A stretch of 64,000 nucleotides of DNA from a bacterium. Its GTDB lineage: Bacteria; Patescibacteriota; Minisyncoccia; UBA6257; 02-FULL-45-10c. Where the stretch lies: the NCBI GenBank assembly GCA_030646915.1, contig JAUSKT010000021.1, positions 19,707 to 83,706 of the forward strand. The letters run 5' to 3'. Position 1 is the first letter of the stretch. Each line of letters begins with the position of its first letter. A program made the position numbers and the translations under genes. The notes under the pieces are model-generated. The model was not told where the DNA came from. It was given only the letters and a program-made list of their open reading frames with translations, and searched no databases. Of this stretch, positions 27,966-38,856 are shown in pieces.

Positions 27966-29283
27966 TAATCAAAAAATAATTTTATCGGGCCTTTTGGCAA
28001 TTACCTTTTTCATTTCTCTGGGTTATTCTTTTTATTTTCGAATTCCGACCGCCGCAGATGCGCGCGCTTATGACAGCATAGCTTGGAATATTGTCCGTGG
28101 AAATGGTTATTTAGAAGTTTCGGGCGTTTCGCCCGAGAAAGATAATTCTATTATTCGAGTTGGGCCGGGATATGAAATTTTCTTGGCGGCTATTTATTAT
28201 ATTTTTGGCCATAGCTATGAAGCAGTTTGGATTATTCAGGCATTGCTTATGGCGATGACAGCTTTATTGATTTTTTTAACTACTAAGGAGATTTTTCAGA
28301 ATCATTGGAATTTTCTTATTGGAATAATTGCCGCAGCTTTAGTCGGTTTTTCTCCTGATTTAATTACAATGCAGGGAATGTTAATGACTGAAACTTTGGG
28401 AATTTTTCTTATCGTTTTAACCAGCTATTTATTTTGCCGATATTATAATGCTGAAGAAAAATCTTGGATTTCGGCTATATTGCTGGGATTAGCTATCGGA
28501 TTAGCCACTTTAGTGCGAGCGCCGGCCTTGTTCTTGTTTTTTCCAGTTGCCGCTTATTTTTTAATATCTAAAAATTGGAAACATTTTTTATTGGCAGGCA
28601 TTACGATTATTGCGTTATTTTTGCCATGGATTATAAGAAATTATCAAGTTTATGGCGTTTTTTTACCGACTAATGCCGCTGCCGGATTTAATTTATTGAC
28701 TGGCAATCATTTGGGAGCAAGCGGAGAACAGGGCGATTTTTCGGTTTTGAATCATTATCCAGCGGGATTAAATGGAGTTCAGATCAATAAGCTAGCTACG
28801 GATGATGCTATAAAATTTATCCTAAATAATCCGCTAGAATTTTTAAAATTGACCATTTATCGAATTTCTATTTATTTCAGCTTTGCCCGGCCGACCGGAT
28901 TTTGGTTCCATCTTCGGGGATGGGATAAAATTATCACTTTAGTTTTATCGGCAATTTATTCAATTGCGCTTTTTATCTTTGGATTTTGGGGAATTAGCCA
29001 GATTAAAAATTTGGAGGTTAGGGAAAAGAACTTAGCCAAATTTTTTCTGACAATGCTTGTAATGATGCCACTCGCAATTATTGGCATTATTGTGGAAACA
29101 AGATATCGAATGTTAGTCTATCCATTTTTTGCAGTTTTCGCCGGTTATGGATTCAGCGAATTTTTAAATAAGCGTATATATTGGAAACCGGCTTTATATT
29201 TAGCATTGTTATTGTTTGTAAACAGCACTTTTGACATATTAAGAAATTTTGGCCGGATTATTGATAAAGTTAATAATTTCTAA
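27952..29283 (+). CDS. polytopic membrane protein, GT-C-like glycosyltransferase
   Basis: About 12 transmembrane helices. ADARAYDSIAWN loop after TM1. Confidence 0.6.
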   Translation: MKNFNNQKIILSGLLAITFFISLGYSFYFRIPTAADARAYDSIAWNIVRGNGYLEVSGVSPEKDNSIIRVGPGYEIFLAAIYYIFGHSYEAVWIIQALLMAMTALLIFLTTKEIFQNHWNFLIGIIAAALVGFSPDLITMQGMLMTETLGIFLIVLTSYLFCRYYNAEEKSWISAILLGLAIGLATLVRAPALFLFFPVAAYFLISKNWKHFLLAGITIIALFLPWIIRNYQVYGVFLPTNAAAGFNLLTGNHLGASGEQGDFSVLNHYPAGLNGVQINKLATDDAIKFILNNPLEFLKLTIYRISIYFSFARPTGFWFHLRGWDKIITLVLSAIYSIALFIFGFWGISQIKNLEVREKNLAKFFLTMLVMMPLAIIGIIVETRYRMLVYPFFAVFAGYGFSEFLNKRIYWKPALYLALLLFVNSTFDILRNFGRIIDKVNNF

Positions 29284-29284
29284 T

Positions 29285-30316
29285 ATGCCCACTTTAAATA
29301 AATTTTTAGAAAATAAAACAATTTTAGTCTGCGGCGGATGTGGTTTTATGGGTTCTAATTTCATCCGTTTTATTTTGGATAATTTTAAAAAAACTAAAAT
29401 TATTAATTTAGATCTTTTAACTTATGCCGGAAATAAAGATAATTTAAAGGAGATTAATCTTAAAAATTACAGCTTTATAAGGGGGGATATCAATAACACT
29501 AAGCTTGTTGCAGGATTAATGAAAAAGGCTGATTTAGCGGTCAATTTCGCCGCAGAAACTCATGTAGACAAGTCTATCCACGGCGGCGCTCCAGATTTTG
29601 TCCGCACTAATATTTTAGGGGTTCAGTCTTTGCTGGAGGCGTTGCGCCAGTCGCCAAAAATTTTAAAATTTATACAGATTTCTACTGATGAAGTTTGGGG
29701 AGATTTAAGCCTTAATTCTAAAATTAAATTTACTGAAAAATCAGCATTTAAACCAAATTCTCCATATGCGGCTTCTAAGGCGGCCGGCGATCTTTTAGTT
29801 CGGTCTTACTTTAGGACTTATGGGTTGCCGATGATTGTTTCCCATTCGGTAAATAATTTCGGTCCAAGGCAATTTCCAGAAAAGCTGATTCCTTTTTTTG
29901 CTTTAAGGGCAATGCAAAATAAGCCCCTGCCTCTTTATGGCGATGGGAAAAATGTCCGTGACTGGCTTTATGTAGATGACCATAGTTCAGCTATTTTAAC
30001 TCTTTTTCAGAAAGCTAAGACAGGGGAGGTTTATGCGATTTCTCGAAGCGAAGAATATTCTAATTTAGAAATTGCTGATAGAATACTAAAGATATTAGAT
30101 AAATCCAATAATTTAATAACTTTTGTTAAAGACCGGCCAGGACACGATCGGAGATATTCCGTCGATTCTTCAAAATTAAGGCTTTTGGGTTGGCAGCCCA
30201 AATTTTCATTTGAAAAGCAGTTGAAAAAAACAATAAGTTGGTATAAAGAAAACCTGCAATGGTTTAATAATGTTCTAAAGAAGAGTAGCGAAATTAATAA
30301 GCATATTAAGATATAA
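29285..30316 (+). CDS. rfbB: dTDP-glucose 4,6-dehydratase
   Basis: ILVCGGCGFMGSNF; YAASKAAGD (YxxxK); GDGKNVRDWLYVDDH. Start set at MPTLNK. Confidence 0.9.
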   Translation: MPTLNKFLENKTILVCGGCGFMGSNFIRFILDNFKKTKIINLDLLTYAGNKDNLKEINLKNYSFIRGDINNTKLVAGLMKKADLAVNFAAETHVDKSIHGGAPDFVRTNILGVQSLLEALRQSPKILKFIQISTDEVWGDLSLNSKIKFTEKSAFKPNSPYAASKAAGDLLVRSYFRTYGLPMIVSHSVNNFGPRQFPEKLIPFFALRAMQNKPLPLYGDGKNVRDWLYVDDHSSAILTLFQKAKTGEVYAISRSEEYSNLEIADRILKILDKSNNLITFVKDRPGHDRRYSVDSSKLRLLGWQPKFSFEKQLKKTISWYKENLQWFNNVLKKSSEINKHIKI

Positions 30317-30322
30317 AATAAA

Positions 30323-31042
30323 ATGAAAGGTGTAATTCTTGCCGGCGGAAACGGCACAAGGCTAAGCCCCCTTACTTTAGTTACTAATAAGCATCTTTTG
30401 CCGGTGTATAAAAAACCGATGATTTATTGGCCGCTGGAAACATTGATCCAATGCGGAATTAAAAATATTCTTATTATTTCTGGACGGGGGCATGCCGGGC
30501 ATTTTGTAAATTTACTTGGTTCTGGAAAAAAATTTGGAGTAAATCTGTCTTATGAGGTACAGGAAAATGCCGGTGGCATTGCCCATGCGCTGGCTATAGC
30601 CGATGATTTTGCTGATAACGGAAAAATTGCTGTTATTTTAGGGGATAATGTTTTTATGGATTCTAAAGAAATTCAAAAGGGAGTTAAAGATTTTAAACAA
30701 CAAAAAAATGGATCAAAAATATTTTTAAAATCAGTTCTAGATGCTAACCGATTTGGCGTGGCAGAAATTAATAAAAAGAAAGTAGCCAGAATAGAAGAGA
30801 AGCCAGCTAAGCCGAAATCCAATTTGGCGGTTACCGGTATATATCTTTATGACGAGCAGGTATTTAATATTATCCGAAAAATTAAACCATCCCGAAGGGG
30901 GGAGTTGGAAATAACTGACGTTAATAATTCTTATATTAAGAAGAATCAGATGACTTTTCAGATTTTAAAATCAGAATGGACCGATGCTGGAACTTTTGAT
31001 TCTCTTTTGCGTGCGAATTTACTTGCAGCTGAAATGGCTTAG
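30323..31042 (+). CDS. rfbA: glucose-1-phosphate thymidylyltransferase (short form)
   Basis: MKGVILAGGNGTRLSPLT...KHLLPVY nucleotidyltransferase signature. Confidence 0.85.
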   Translation: MKGVILAGGNGTRLSPLTLVTNKHLLPVYKKPMIYWPLETLIQCGIKNILIISGRGHAGHFVNLLGSGKKFGVNLSYEVQENAGGIAHALAIADDFADNGKIAVILGDNVFMDSKEIQKGVKDFKQQKNGSKIFLKSVLDANRFGVAEINKKKVARIEEKPAKPKSNLAVTGIYLYDEQVFNIIRKIKPSRRGELEITDVNNSYIKKNQMTFQILKSEWTDAGTFDSLLRANLLAAEMA

Positions 31043-31054
31043 AATTTTTATATT

Positions 31055-31753
31055 ATGCATAAATTATCAATAGTTATTCCGGCATATGATGAAAAAAATA
31101 CCATTGAAGAAATTATCCGACGAGTTAAGGCTGTGAATCTCAATGGCGTAGTAAAAGAAATTATTGTGGTGGATGATGGTTCTAAAGATGGCACTAGGGA
31201 AATACTCAAGAAAATTACGGATATTCGCTATATTTTCCACGAAAAAAATCTTGGCAAGGGCGGAGCGATGAAAACTGGATTTAAAGCTGCGACTGGAGAC
31301 TTACTAATACCCCAAGATGCAGATTTAGAATATGATCCCAATGATTATGGGGCTATGATCGCGCCGATTTTACGGGGCGAAACAGAGGTTACTAATGGAG
31401 TCCGTATTCAGCCAAAAAATGATTCTCGCCGAACCACAGTCGCTTATTGGCTGCATTGGCTTGGCAATAATGCAATTACTTGGACGACGAATTGGCTTTA
31501 TTGGAATAATGCCGAAGAGTATGAGGGGTGTTATAAGGCCATTACCAAAAGACTACTTGATTCAATTAATATAAAAACGAATAATTTTGATTATGACAAT
31601 GAGCTTTTTTGTAAGTTTTTAAAACAAGGCTATAAAATTATTGATGTGCCAATTAAATACTATCCAAGAGATTACGAGCAGGGTAAAAAAATCAATTGGA
31701 AGCACGGTTTTTTGATTTTATGGACGATTATTAAAACCCGATTTATTGATTAG
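31055..31753 (+). CDS. GT2 family glycosyltransferase
   Basis: SIVIPAYDEKNTI; IIVVDDGSKDGT; QDADLEYDP. Confidence 0.8.
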   Translation: MHKLSIVIPAYDEKNTIEEIIRRVKAVNLNGVVKEIIVVDDGSKDGTREILKKITDIRYIFHEKNLGKGGAMKTGFKAATGDLLIPQDADLEYDPNDYGAMIAPILRGETEVTNGVRIQPKNDSRRTTVAYWLHWLGNNAITWTTNWLYWNNAEEYEGCYKAITKRLLDSINIKTNNFDYDNELFCKFLKQGYKIIDVPIKYYPRDYEQGKKINWKHGFLILWTIIKTRFID

Positions 31754-31777
31754 GAATTAACTCAAAACACCCATATT

Positions 31778-32845
31778 TTATTTTTGTGCTTGAAGGACGG
31801 AGCGGTAGGCAACCAAGGTTCTTGCTAATCCAGTTTCTAAATCTACGGTGGGGTTAAAACCCAAATCTCTTTTTATTTTTGTAATATTTGGGCATCGGCG
31901 TTTTGGCTCTCCGGCTGGGTAGGATTCTGGATAATTAATAAGCTGTACTTTAGAATTAGTCGCCGCTAATTTAGTTATGATATTTCCTAAATCATTCATA
32001 TTGATTTCTTCATTATCCCTACCTACGTTATAAACCTCGCCATTTTTACCAGAAACTAATATTTTAAAGAATCCTTGGATGGCATCAGTTATATAGCAAA
32101 AAGTCCGAGTTTGATTTCCCTTGTCATGAACTGGTAAATTTTCTCCGTTAATAGCCTTAACCATAAAAGTTGGTATTACCCTGTAATCATTCACTTTCAT
32201 TCCTGGACCATAGACATTGAATGGACGGACTATTTTAACTGGAAGATTATATAGTTGGTGGTAAGTTACGCAAAGAGTTTCGCCTAAGCGCTTGGATTCA
32301 TCGTAGCAAGCTCGGGGTCCGATAGGAGAAATATTTCCGGAATACTCCTCGGGTGTAGGAATAAATTTAGGATCTGGATCCCCATAAATTTCACTGGAAC
32401 TGAAATAAAGCATACTTTTAACTTTCTTTTCTTTTGTATATTCCAAAAAATTTTTAGTGCCGTTTACAGCCACCTCAATAGTTTCGATTGGAAATTTTTT
32501 ATAGTAAAAAGGGGAGGCTAAACCAGCGGCATGAATTACGTAATCGGCATCAATATTCGTTGGAATAGGTTTCCTGACATCGTGTTCAATAAGTTTAAAA
32601 TTAGGATTATTTTCAGAGGCGAAAATTAAATTTTTTTGGGAGCCAGTGATAAAATTATCCATAATTATCACTTTGCAGGGATTTTTTAAAACTTCCTTAT
32701 TTAATTGAAGAAATGTGGCGACTAAATAATTCCCCAAGAAGCCCGCGCCGCCAGAAATCAGAATAGTTTTTCCATCAAAAGCAGGTGCTTCCCTTTTGAT
32801 AGAATCAATGATATTTTTAATGTCTTCTTGTATAAGAGCATCCAT
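31778..32845 (-). CDS. NAD-dependent sugar-nucleotide decarboxylase/dehydratase (UDP-glucuronate decarboxylase / UXS-ArnA C-terminal-like SDR)
   Basis: ILISGGAGFLGNYL; YDESKRLGE (YxxxK). 355 aa. Confidence 0.75.
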   Translation of the reverse strand: MDALIQEDIKNIIDSIKREAPAFDGKTILISGGAGFLGNYLVATFLQLNKEVLKNPCKVIIMDNFITGSQKNLIFASENNPNFKLIEHDVRKPIPTNIDADYVIHAAGLASPFYYKKFPIETIEVAVNGTKNFLEYTKEKKVKSMLYFSSSEIYGDPDPKFIPTPEEYSGNISPIGPRACYDESKRLGETLCVTYHQLYNLPVKIVRPFNVYGPGMKVNDYRVIPTFMVKAINGENLPVHDKGNQTRTFCYITDAIQGFFKILVSGKNGEVYNVGRDNEEINMNDLGNIITKLAATNSKVQLINYPESYPAGEPKRRCPNITKIKRDLGFNPTVDLETGLARTLVAYRSVLQAQK

Positions 32846-32916
32846 AAATTTAAAGCTTTTTATTTTAGAGATAGGTTGATTATAAATTATATATTATATT
32901 TGTAAATCGGGGAAAT

Positions 32917-34533
32917 TTGAATCATTATTATAACATGATAAATAATAAAAAAGTTATTGTGGTTTTGCCGGCTTATAATGCCGCTAAAACTTTAGAAAAG
33001 ACTTTATTTGCTATACCAAAAGATTGGGTAGACGATGTTATTTTAGTGGATGATTTGAGTCGCGATGACACAGTGGCAGTTGCAAAAAAAATGGGACTAA
33101 AAACTTTTGTTCATGAGAAAAATCTTGGTTATGGCGGAAATCAAAAGACTTGTTATAGAGAAGCTTTAAAATTAGGCGCTGATATCGTGGTAATGCTGCA
33201 TCCGGATTTCCAATATGACCCATCTTTTATTCCAGAAATGATTAAGCCAATTGCTATGGGTGAATGCGATGCAGTATTCGGTTCTCGGATGTATGTAAAG
33301 AGGAATGCTCTTTTGGGCGGCATGCCTTATTGGAAATTTTTTGCCAATATTTTTTTGACTTTACTGGAAAATTTAGTTTTGAAGATGAATTTAACTGAGT
33401 ATCACTCTGGCTTTCGAGCTTATAGTAAAAGAGTTTTAGAATTGCCGCTATATTTGAATTCTGACGGTTTTGTTTTTGATACGGAAATTATTGTTCAGAT
33501 GAAAGTAGCAGGAATGAAAATTAAAGAAATTCCTATCACAACCAGGTATTTTTCTGAAGCTTCTATGATTGGATTTTGGCGCAGCGTTCAATACGGACTT
33601 AATATTTTATCAGTAATGTTTCGTTATTTGCTGGGCCAATTTGAAATTCAATATTGTGAAAAATCTTGCCCGAATTGCCAAAAACAGCAGTCACTTATTT
33701 TTTTAAGGGGGTCTGATGATTTGATGGGGATATTAAAAAATACTAATTATCAGATTACTGAGTCTAATATTGGCCTTTATGGAAATATATATCACTGCGT
33801 TAATTGTGACTTATATTTTGTTGATCGTTTTAATATTGAAGCTGCGTTAAATAAATATTATGCTAGGCAGTCGTTGGATATTGTTTATTTAAGAGATGTA
33901 ATCGGAAGACGCAAGGCCTTTCGGCGAGTATTAGAAAAAATAATATATTTAAATCCGGATATGAAAAATTTATTGGATATCGGTTGCGGTCCAGGATTTT
34001 TCTTAGCTGAAGCAGAATCAGCAGGTTTGGATGTTTGGGGGTTGGAGATTTCCAATGAATCGGTTAAATTTGCCAAAGATAAATTAAATTTGCCTCAAGT
34101 TTTTCAAGACGAAGAGTCGCTTGAAGAAGCGGCTCCTAAACCATTTGGTGCAATCACCGCTTTTGATTTTATTGAGCATGCTTTAGACCCAAAGGAAATT
34201 TTTATAAAGGTGCATAAAAAACTTGAAACAGGAGGCCTGTTTGTATTTACTATTCCAATTATTGATTCGTTTGTGGCTAAATTACTTGGCAAAAGATGGC
34301 ATGCCTTGGTGCCCTCTCATTTGAATTATTTTACTTTTAAATCATTAGCGAATATTTATCTACCATTAGGATATTCATTAGTTAGAAAAAGATGGCATTG
34401 GAAATATTTATCTTTTTCTTATTTATTAAAGCGATTATTTAAAAAACCAGATTGGCGGCTTCCTAAGGTATTGGATTTTGTAATTCCAGTTAATTTTTTT
34501 GATGAAGCAGAGGTTTACTTAAGAAAAAATTGA
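32917..34533 (+). CDS. bifunctional GT2 glycosyltransferase / SAM-dependent methyltransferase fusion
   Basis: N-terminal VIVVLPAYNAAKT...VDDLSRDDT. Zinc-ribbon cysteines CPNCQ...CVNCD. C-terminal LLDIGCGPGFFLAEA methyltransferase motif I. Confidence 0.8.
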   Translation: MNHYYNMINNKKVIVVLPAYNAAKTLEKTLFAIPKDWVDDVILVDDLSRDDTVAVAKKMGLKTFVHEKNLGYGGNQKTCYREALKLGADIVVMLHPDFQYDPSFIPEMIKPIAMGECDAVFGSRMYVKRNALLGGMPYWKFFANIFLTLLENLVLKMNLTEYHSGFRAYSKRVLELPLYLNSDGFVFDTEIIVQMKVAGMKIKEIPITTRYFSEASMIGFWRSVQYGLNILSVMFRYLLGQFEIQYCEKSCPNCQKQQSLIFLRGSDDLMGILKNTNYQITESNIGLYGNIYHCVNCDLYFVDRFNIEAALNKYYARQSLDIVYLRDVIGRRKAFRRVLEKIIYLNPDMKNLLDIGCGPGFFLAEAESAGLDVWGLEISNESVKFAKDKLNLPQVFQDEESLEEAAPKPFGAITAFDFIEHALDPKEIFIKVHKKLETGGLFVFTIPIIDSFVAKLLGKRWHALVPSHLNYFTFKSLANIYLPLGYSLVRKRWHWKYLSFSYLLKRLFKKPDWRLPKVLDFVIPVNFFDEAEVYLRKN

Positions 34534-35975
34534 AGGATCAAATGATTGAAAACTTTTTAAAAAAATATTATTCAGAAATTATTTTTTGTTTATTGTTAAC
34601 TGGCATAGTAATTGTTTCCTTGCCGGCTTTAACCACTAAGCCTAGGCTTTGGTATGACGAGGGGATTAATATTGAATTTGCTAAGAATTTTCTTGATTTT
34701 GGAAAATTAGACACTTCAGTTGCTCCAGGAGAGTTTTCCGGATTAACTCGTTTTTATCAGGCATCTGGCTACCCACTTTCTCTTCCTCTGAGCATTTTTT
34801 TTAGTATTTTTGGATTTGGCTCAGTTCAAGCTAGGGCTTACATGCTTTGCTGGATAGCGATTGCGCTCACATCAATTTTTATTTTTGTTAAAAAAATGGC
34901 TGGAAAAGAAGCGGCTTTAGCTGCTTCAATTCTAATCGCTACTTTTGCATCGTTTCATGATAATGGCCGTACGGTTATGGGGGAAATTCCAGGATTTGTT
35001 TTCTTGCTTTGGGCGTTATATTGGATTTTCTGGAAAAATTCTTATTTTATCAGTGGTTTATTATTTGGCTTAGCGATTTCTGCCAAGCCGTCGGTTTATA
35101 TTTCAGCTTTACCGGCAATTTTAATTTTGCTTATTTTAGAGCGGGATAATTTTTGGAAGAACGGATTAAAAATTTTCGCCGGAATGCTCCCGCTGTTTTT
35201 ATTAAGAATTTGGTTTGTCATGCCAAATATTTTTTCTTTAGCGGACTGGCAAGGAGTGATTAATCTTTTTCAAAATCCTTTTGGCGCCAATATTTCTCCG
35301 GCAGTCAATTTTTTAGCTAATTTTTCCGCTATTCCAAGGACTTATACTATTATTTATTTTGGATTATTTACTGCAATTATTTTATTTGATTATTTCAGGC
35401 GGAACCCCAAAGATTTTATTTATAAGAAATTTTTTTGGTTTGCAATCATTTATAATTTTTTCGCCTTTTTATATTATCTTAAAAGTCCGGGCTGGCTCCG
35501 TTATTTAATAGCAGCTGATCTCCTTACCTTTATTCTTTTAGTTTTGGCCTTAAGAAATCTTCTATTAGAATCCATAAAAAAGAAAATACTTTTTTATTTG
35601 ATAATTTTCGGCTTAATTAGTTTTCAAACCTATTATTTATTTACTAGCGCCAAGATATTTTACTCGGATAGTGAGGAGGTAGTTATTAGTTTAGTAAATA
35701 CAGAATTTAAAAATAATACCATTGGCATTTTTAATGTTCCAGAAATTGGCGCTTTTGTGCCAGCCGAAAGGAAATATCAAACTTATCGCATGTTGGGTGT
35801 TCCTTTTATCGGGAAAAATCCTATTTTTTATAATCCATTTCCAAAATTTTTTATTCTAAGATCCGGAGAGGAAACATCCCATTTTTTATCGGGAGAAAAA
35901 GAAATTTTACTAAAGAATTACCAACTTTTACAAATAGTAGGACATTACAGTATTTATAAACGAATTGTGGATTAA
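34530..35975 (+). CDS. polytopic membrane glycosyltransferase, GT-C fold (ArnT-like)
   Basis: RLWYDEGINIEFA (YDEG loop motif). About 12 transmembrane helices. Confidence 0.65.
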   Translation: MKDQMIENFLKKYYSEIIFCLLLTGIVIVSLPALTTKPRLWYDEGINIEFAKNFLDFGKLDTSVAPGEFSGLTRFYQASGYPLSLPLSIFFSIFGFGSVQARAYMLCWIAIALTSIFIFVKKMAGKEAALAASILIATFASFHDNGRTVMGEIPGFVFLLWALYWIFWKNSYFISGLLFGLAISAKPSVYISALPAILILLILERDNFWKNGLKIFAGMLPLFLLRIWFVMPNIFSLADWQGVINLFQNPFGANISPAVNFLANFSAIPRTYTIIYFGLFTAIILFDYFRRNPKDFIYKKFFWFAIIYNFFAFLYYLKSPGWLRYLIAADLLTFILLVLALRNLLLESIKKKILFYLIIFGLISFQTYYLFTSAKIFYSDSEEVVISLVNTEFKNNTIGIFNVPEIGAFVPAERKYQTYRMLGVPFIGKNPIFYNPFPKFFILRSGEETSHFLSGEKEILLKNYQLLQIVGHYSIYKRIVD

Positions 35976-36006
35976 TCAAAGATAAATTATAATAAAATTC
36001 ATCTTA

Positions 36007-37221
36007 ATGAAAATTATAAAATATAAAAAACAACTAGGAGTGGGAGGATTTTCAGCAACTCCTATCACAAAAAAATATGTAAATGAGGTCTTAAAAACTG
36101 GCAGGCTTAGTTATGGCCCCTTTTTAAAATCTTTTGAAAAAAAATTTGCAGAAATCCACAATAGGCGATTTGGCATATCTGTAAATAGCGGTACCAGTGC
36201 TTTGCAGGTTGCAGTTCATGCCCTAAAATCGTTTGATGGCTGGCAGGATGGTGATGAGATTTTGGTTCCGGCGCTTACTTTTATTGCCACTTCTAATGTT
36301 GTTCTTTCAAATAATTTAAAGCCGGTTTTTGTTGATATAGACAAGCGTACTTATAATATTGATCCTAAAAATATTGAAAAAAAGATTACTAAAAAAACCA
36401 GGGCAATTATGCCGGTGAATCTTTGTGGCCTACCAGCGAATATGAAAGCAATAATGAAAATTGCAAAGAAGCATAAATTAAGAGTTATAGAAGATTCCTG
36501 CGAAACAATGTTTGTAAAGCGGGATGGCGAGATGGTTGGTTCTTTAAGCGATATTGCCTGTTTTTCTACTTATGTGGCCCATCTTTTGACTACGGGAGTG
36601 GGCGGGCTTGTGTTAACTAATGATAAAGAAATTGCTATAAAATTAAGGAGCTTAGTTAATCATGGACGAGATTCTATTTATCTTTCTATAGATGATGATA
36701 AAAATAAGAGCGGGGGGGAAATGAAAGAAATTATAAGCCGCCGCTTTTCTTTTATTGATATCGGATACAGTTATCGACTTACTGAATTTGAGGGCGCTTT
36801 AGGCTTAGCTGGATTGGCTCAATGGAAAGAAAATATTACAGCAAGAAAGAAGAATGCCAGAATGTTATTAAATGGCCTTGCTCAATTTAGCGATTTTTTG
36901 CAGCTGCCATATATACCACGTGGGGCAGAACATGCATTTATGATGTTTCCGATTACCGTAATTAATAAGAAAATTAATATGATTGAATTGGTAAATTGGC
37001 TGGAGAGCTGGAATATTGAAACTCGTCCATTATTCCCGCTTTTAAATCAGCCTATTTATCAAAAAATATTCGGAGATTTGGAGCCAAAATATCCAATTGC
37101 AACTTTTGTAAGGAAAAATGGATTTTATATAGGATGCCATCCTCAATTGAAGAGTGCTGATATAAGTTACATAATTTCAGTTTTTAAAGATTTTTTTAAA
37201 TTAAATAAGCTTCAAAAATAA
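36007..37221 (+). CDS. DegT/DnrJ/EryC1/StrS family PLP-dependent sugar aminotransferase
   Basis: Family-typical layout; SGTSALQVAV; 404 aa. Confidence 0.8.
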   Translation: MKIIKYKKQLGVGGFSATPITKKYVNEVLKTGRLSYGPFLKSFEKKFAEIHNRRFGISVNSGTSALQVAVHALKSFDGWQDGDEILVPALTFIATSNVVLSNNLKPVFVDIDKRTYNIDPKNIEKKITKKTRAIMPVNLCGLPANMKAIMKIAKKHKLRVIEDSCETMFVKRDGEMVGSLSDIACFSTYVAHLLTTGVGGLVLTNDKEIAIKLRSLVNHGRDSIYLSIDDDKNKSGGEMKEIISRRFSFIDIGYSYRLTEFEGALGLAGLAQWKENITARKKNARMLLNGLAQFSDFLQLPYIPRGAEHAFMMFPITVINKKINMIELVNWLESWNIETRPLFPLLNQPIYQKIFGDLEPKYPIATFVRKNGFYIGCHPQLKSADISYIISVFKDFFKLNKLQK

Positions 37222-37224
37222 AAT

Positions 37225-37944
37225 ATGCCCGCTCCAACATTTTCTTTCGTTTTTCCGACTTATAATGAAAAGGATAATATTAAAATTTTAATCCCGACTA
37301 TTATTAATATTTTTAAGGGATTAATTATAGAAATTATTATTGTAGACGACGGATCCACTGACGGCACCATTGAAGAAATACAAAAATTTCAAAAAGAACA
37401 CCTCAATATTTTTTTAGTTAAAAGAAATAGATTAGGGGGCATCGGATCCGCTTTGATTGCTGGCTATAACTCGGCCAAAGGAGAATATATAATTTCTTGC
37501 GATTCCGACCTGTCTTTTTCTTTTGATGGCATTAAAGAAATAGCAGATAAATTAATGCTCGGCACCTATGATTTAGTTTTAGGCTCCAGATATTTGAAGG
37601 GCTCTTATTACGAGGCGCCAAATTCCAATATTTTGAAAAAGAAATTAATCAGTAAATTCGGCAATATTTTTTTGCGTTTTGTTACTTTCATTCCAGTAAG
37701 TGATTTTTCAGCTGATTGCCGGGGTATAAAAAATTCGATTTGGAAAAATCTTGGCGTTAAAAGCAGGGATAATTTCATGCTTTTTGAGACTGTTTGGAGG
37801 GTTTATAGGGCTGGAGGATCTATAAGAGAGGTGCCGGTAAAATTTCACGATAGGAGGTTTGGCGTTTCAAAATTAAAATTAAGAAAAGAATTTTTTGTAT
37901 TTTTTTCGCAATTATTCAAATTATATTTTAGCCATGAAAAATAA
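37225..37944 (+). CDS. GT2 polyprenyl-phosphate glycosyltransferase (Dpm1-like)
   Basis: FSFVFPTYNEKDNI; IIVDDGSTDGT. Confidence 0.8.
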   Translation: MPAPTFSFVFPTYNEKDNIKILIPTIINIFKGLIIEIIIVDDGSTDGTIEEIQKFQKEHLNIFLVKRNRLGGIGSALIAGYNSAKGEYIISCDSDLSFSFDGIKEIADKLMLGTYDLVLGSRYLKGSYYEAPNSNILKKKLISKFGNIFLRFVTFIPVSDFSADCRGIKNSIWKNLGVKSRDNFMLFETVWRVYRAGGSIREVPVKFHDRRFGVSKLKLRKEFFVFFSQLFKLYFSHEK

Positions 37945-38830
37945 AAGAATACGAGTAGTAGTTTTCGGCAAATCCGGATTATTAGGGGGAGAATTTTTTA
38001 GTTATTTTATTTCAAAAAAAATTTCTGTTTTTGGATATGATTCCAAGAGCTGTGATATAACAAAATTTGATCAGATTTTTAAGATTATTAAAAAAATAAA
38101 ACCCGATATAGTAATAAATTGCTCGGGTAAAATAAATATTGATAAATGCGAGGAAGATCCGGTAGGCGCATATATGGTAAATTCTATTGGTCCAGGCAAC
38201 ATCGCCCGTGCTTTGAAACTTTTAAATAAAAAAACCGCTTTTTTTCATATAAGCACTGCTTATATTTTTGGCGGCAAGGCATCGGGGGGATATAAAGAGA
38301 ACTCGGACGTTAAGCCGGTTAATATTTATGGCTGGTCTAAATTTTTAGGAGAAAAAATCGTAGAACAGGAATTAAGAAAAAATAGCTTGGTTAAATATTT
38401 TATTATAAGAACTGGTTGGATGTATGGCGGATTTCGAAGGACTTTTATTGAAGACATTATTGATTCTTTGCGCACGAATAAAACTATGAAGTTAGTTACT
38501 GATAATTATAATGTTCCAACCTGGACAGGAGATTTGGTTAGGGGTGCGGTCGCTTTATTAAAAAATAAAAAATTAAAAAGCGGAATTTATCATTTGTTTA
38601 ATAGTTATAAAAAACCCGTGGCTAAATATGACATAGGAGTTTTTATGGCTGGTATCTTGAGAATCAACACTAAGAGGCTTGAGCCGTGCCGATATAAGGA
38701 TGTTTCTAAAATTGGCAAGCCGGGAAATACTATATTGATAAATTCAAAGGTCAAGAATCTGCCTGATTGGAAAAAATCTCTGGCTCGTTATTTAAAGCTT
38801 AAATACTGGAACAGTTTTAATTTGAAATAA
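37934..38830 (+). CDS. NAD(P)-dependent 4-keto-6-deoxyhexose reductase (RmlD/Rmd-like)
   Basis: [17 protein letters not shown]; RmlD-like length. Sits just upstream of gmd. Start set at MKNKRIR. Confidence 0.7.
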   Translation: MKNKRIRVVVFGKSGLLGGEFFSYFISKKISVFGYDSKSCDITKFDQIFKIIKKIKPDIVINCSGKINIDKCEEDPVGAYMVNSIGPGNIARALKLLNKKTAFFHISTAYIFGGKASGGYKENSDVKPVNIYGWSKFLGEKIVEQELRKNSLVKYFIIRTGWMYGGFRRTFIEDIIDSLRTNKTMKLVTDNYNVPTWTGDLVRGAVALLKNKKLKSGIYHLFNSYKKPVAKYDIGVFMAGILRINTKRLEPCRYKDVSKIGKPGNTILINSKVKNLPDWKKSLARYLKLKYWNSFNLK

Positions 38831-38856
38831 TCTTTGATTTGCCTTATATTTCATTT

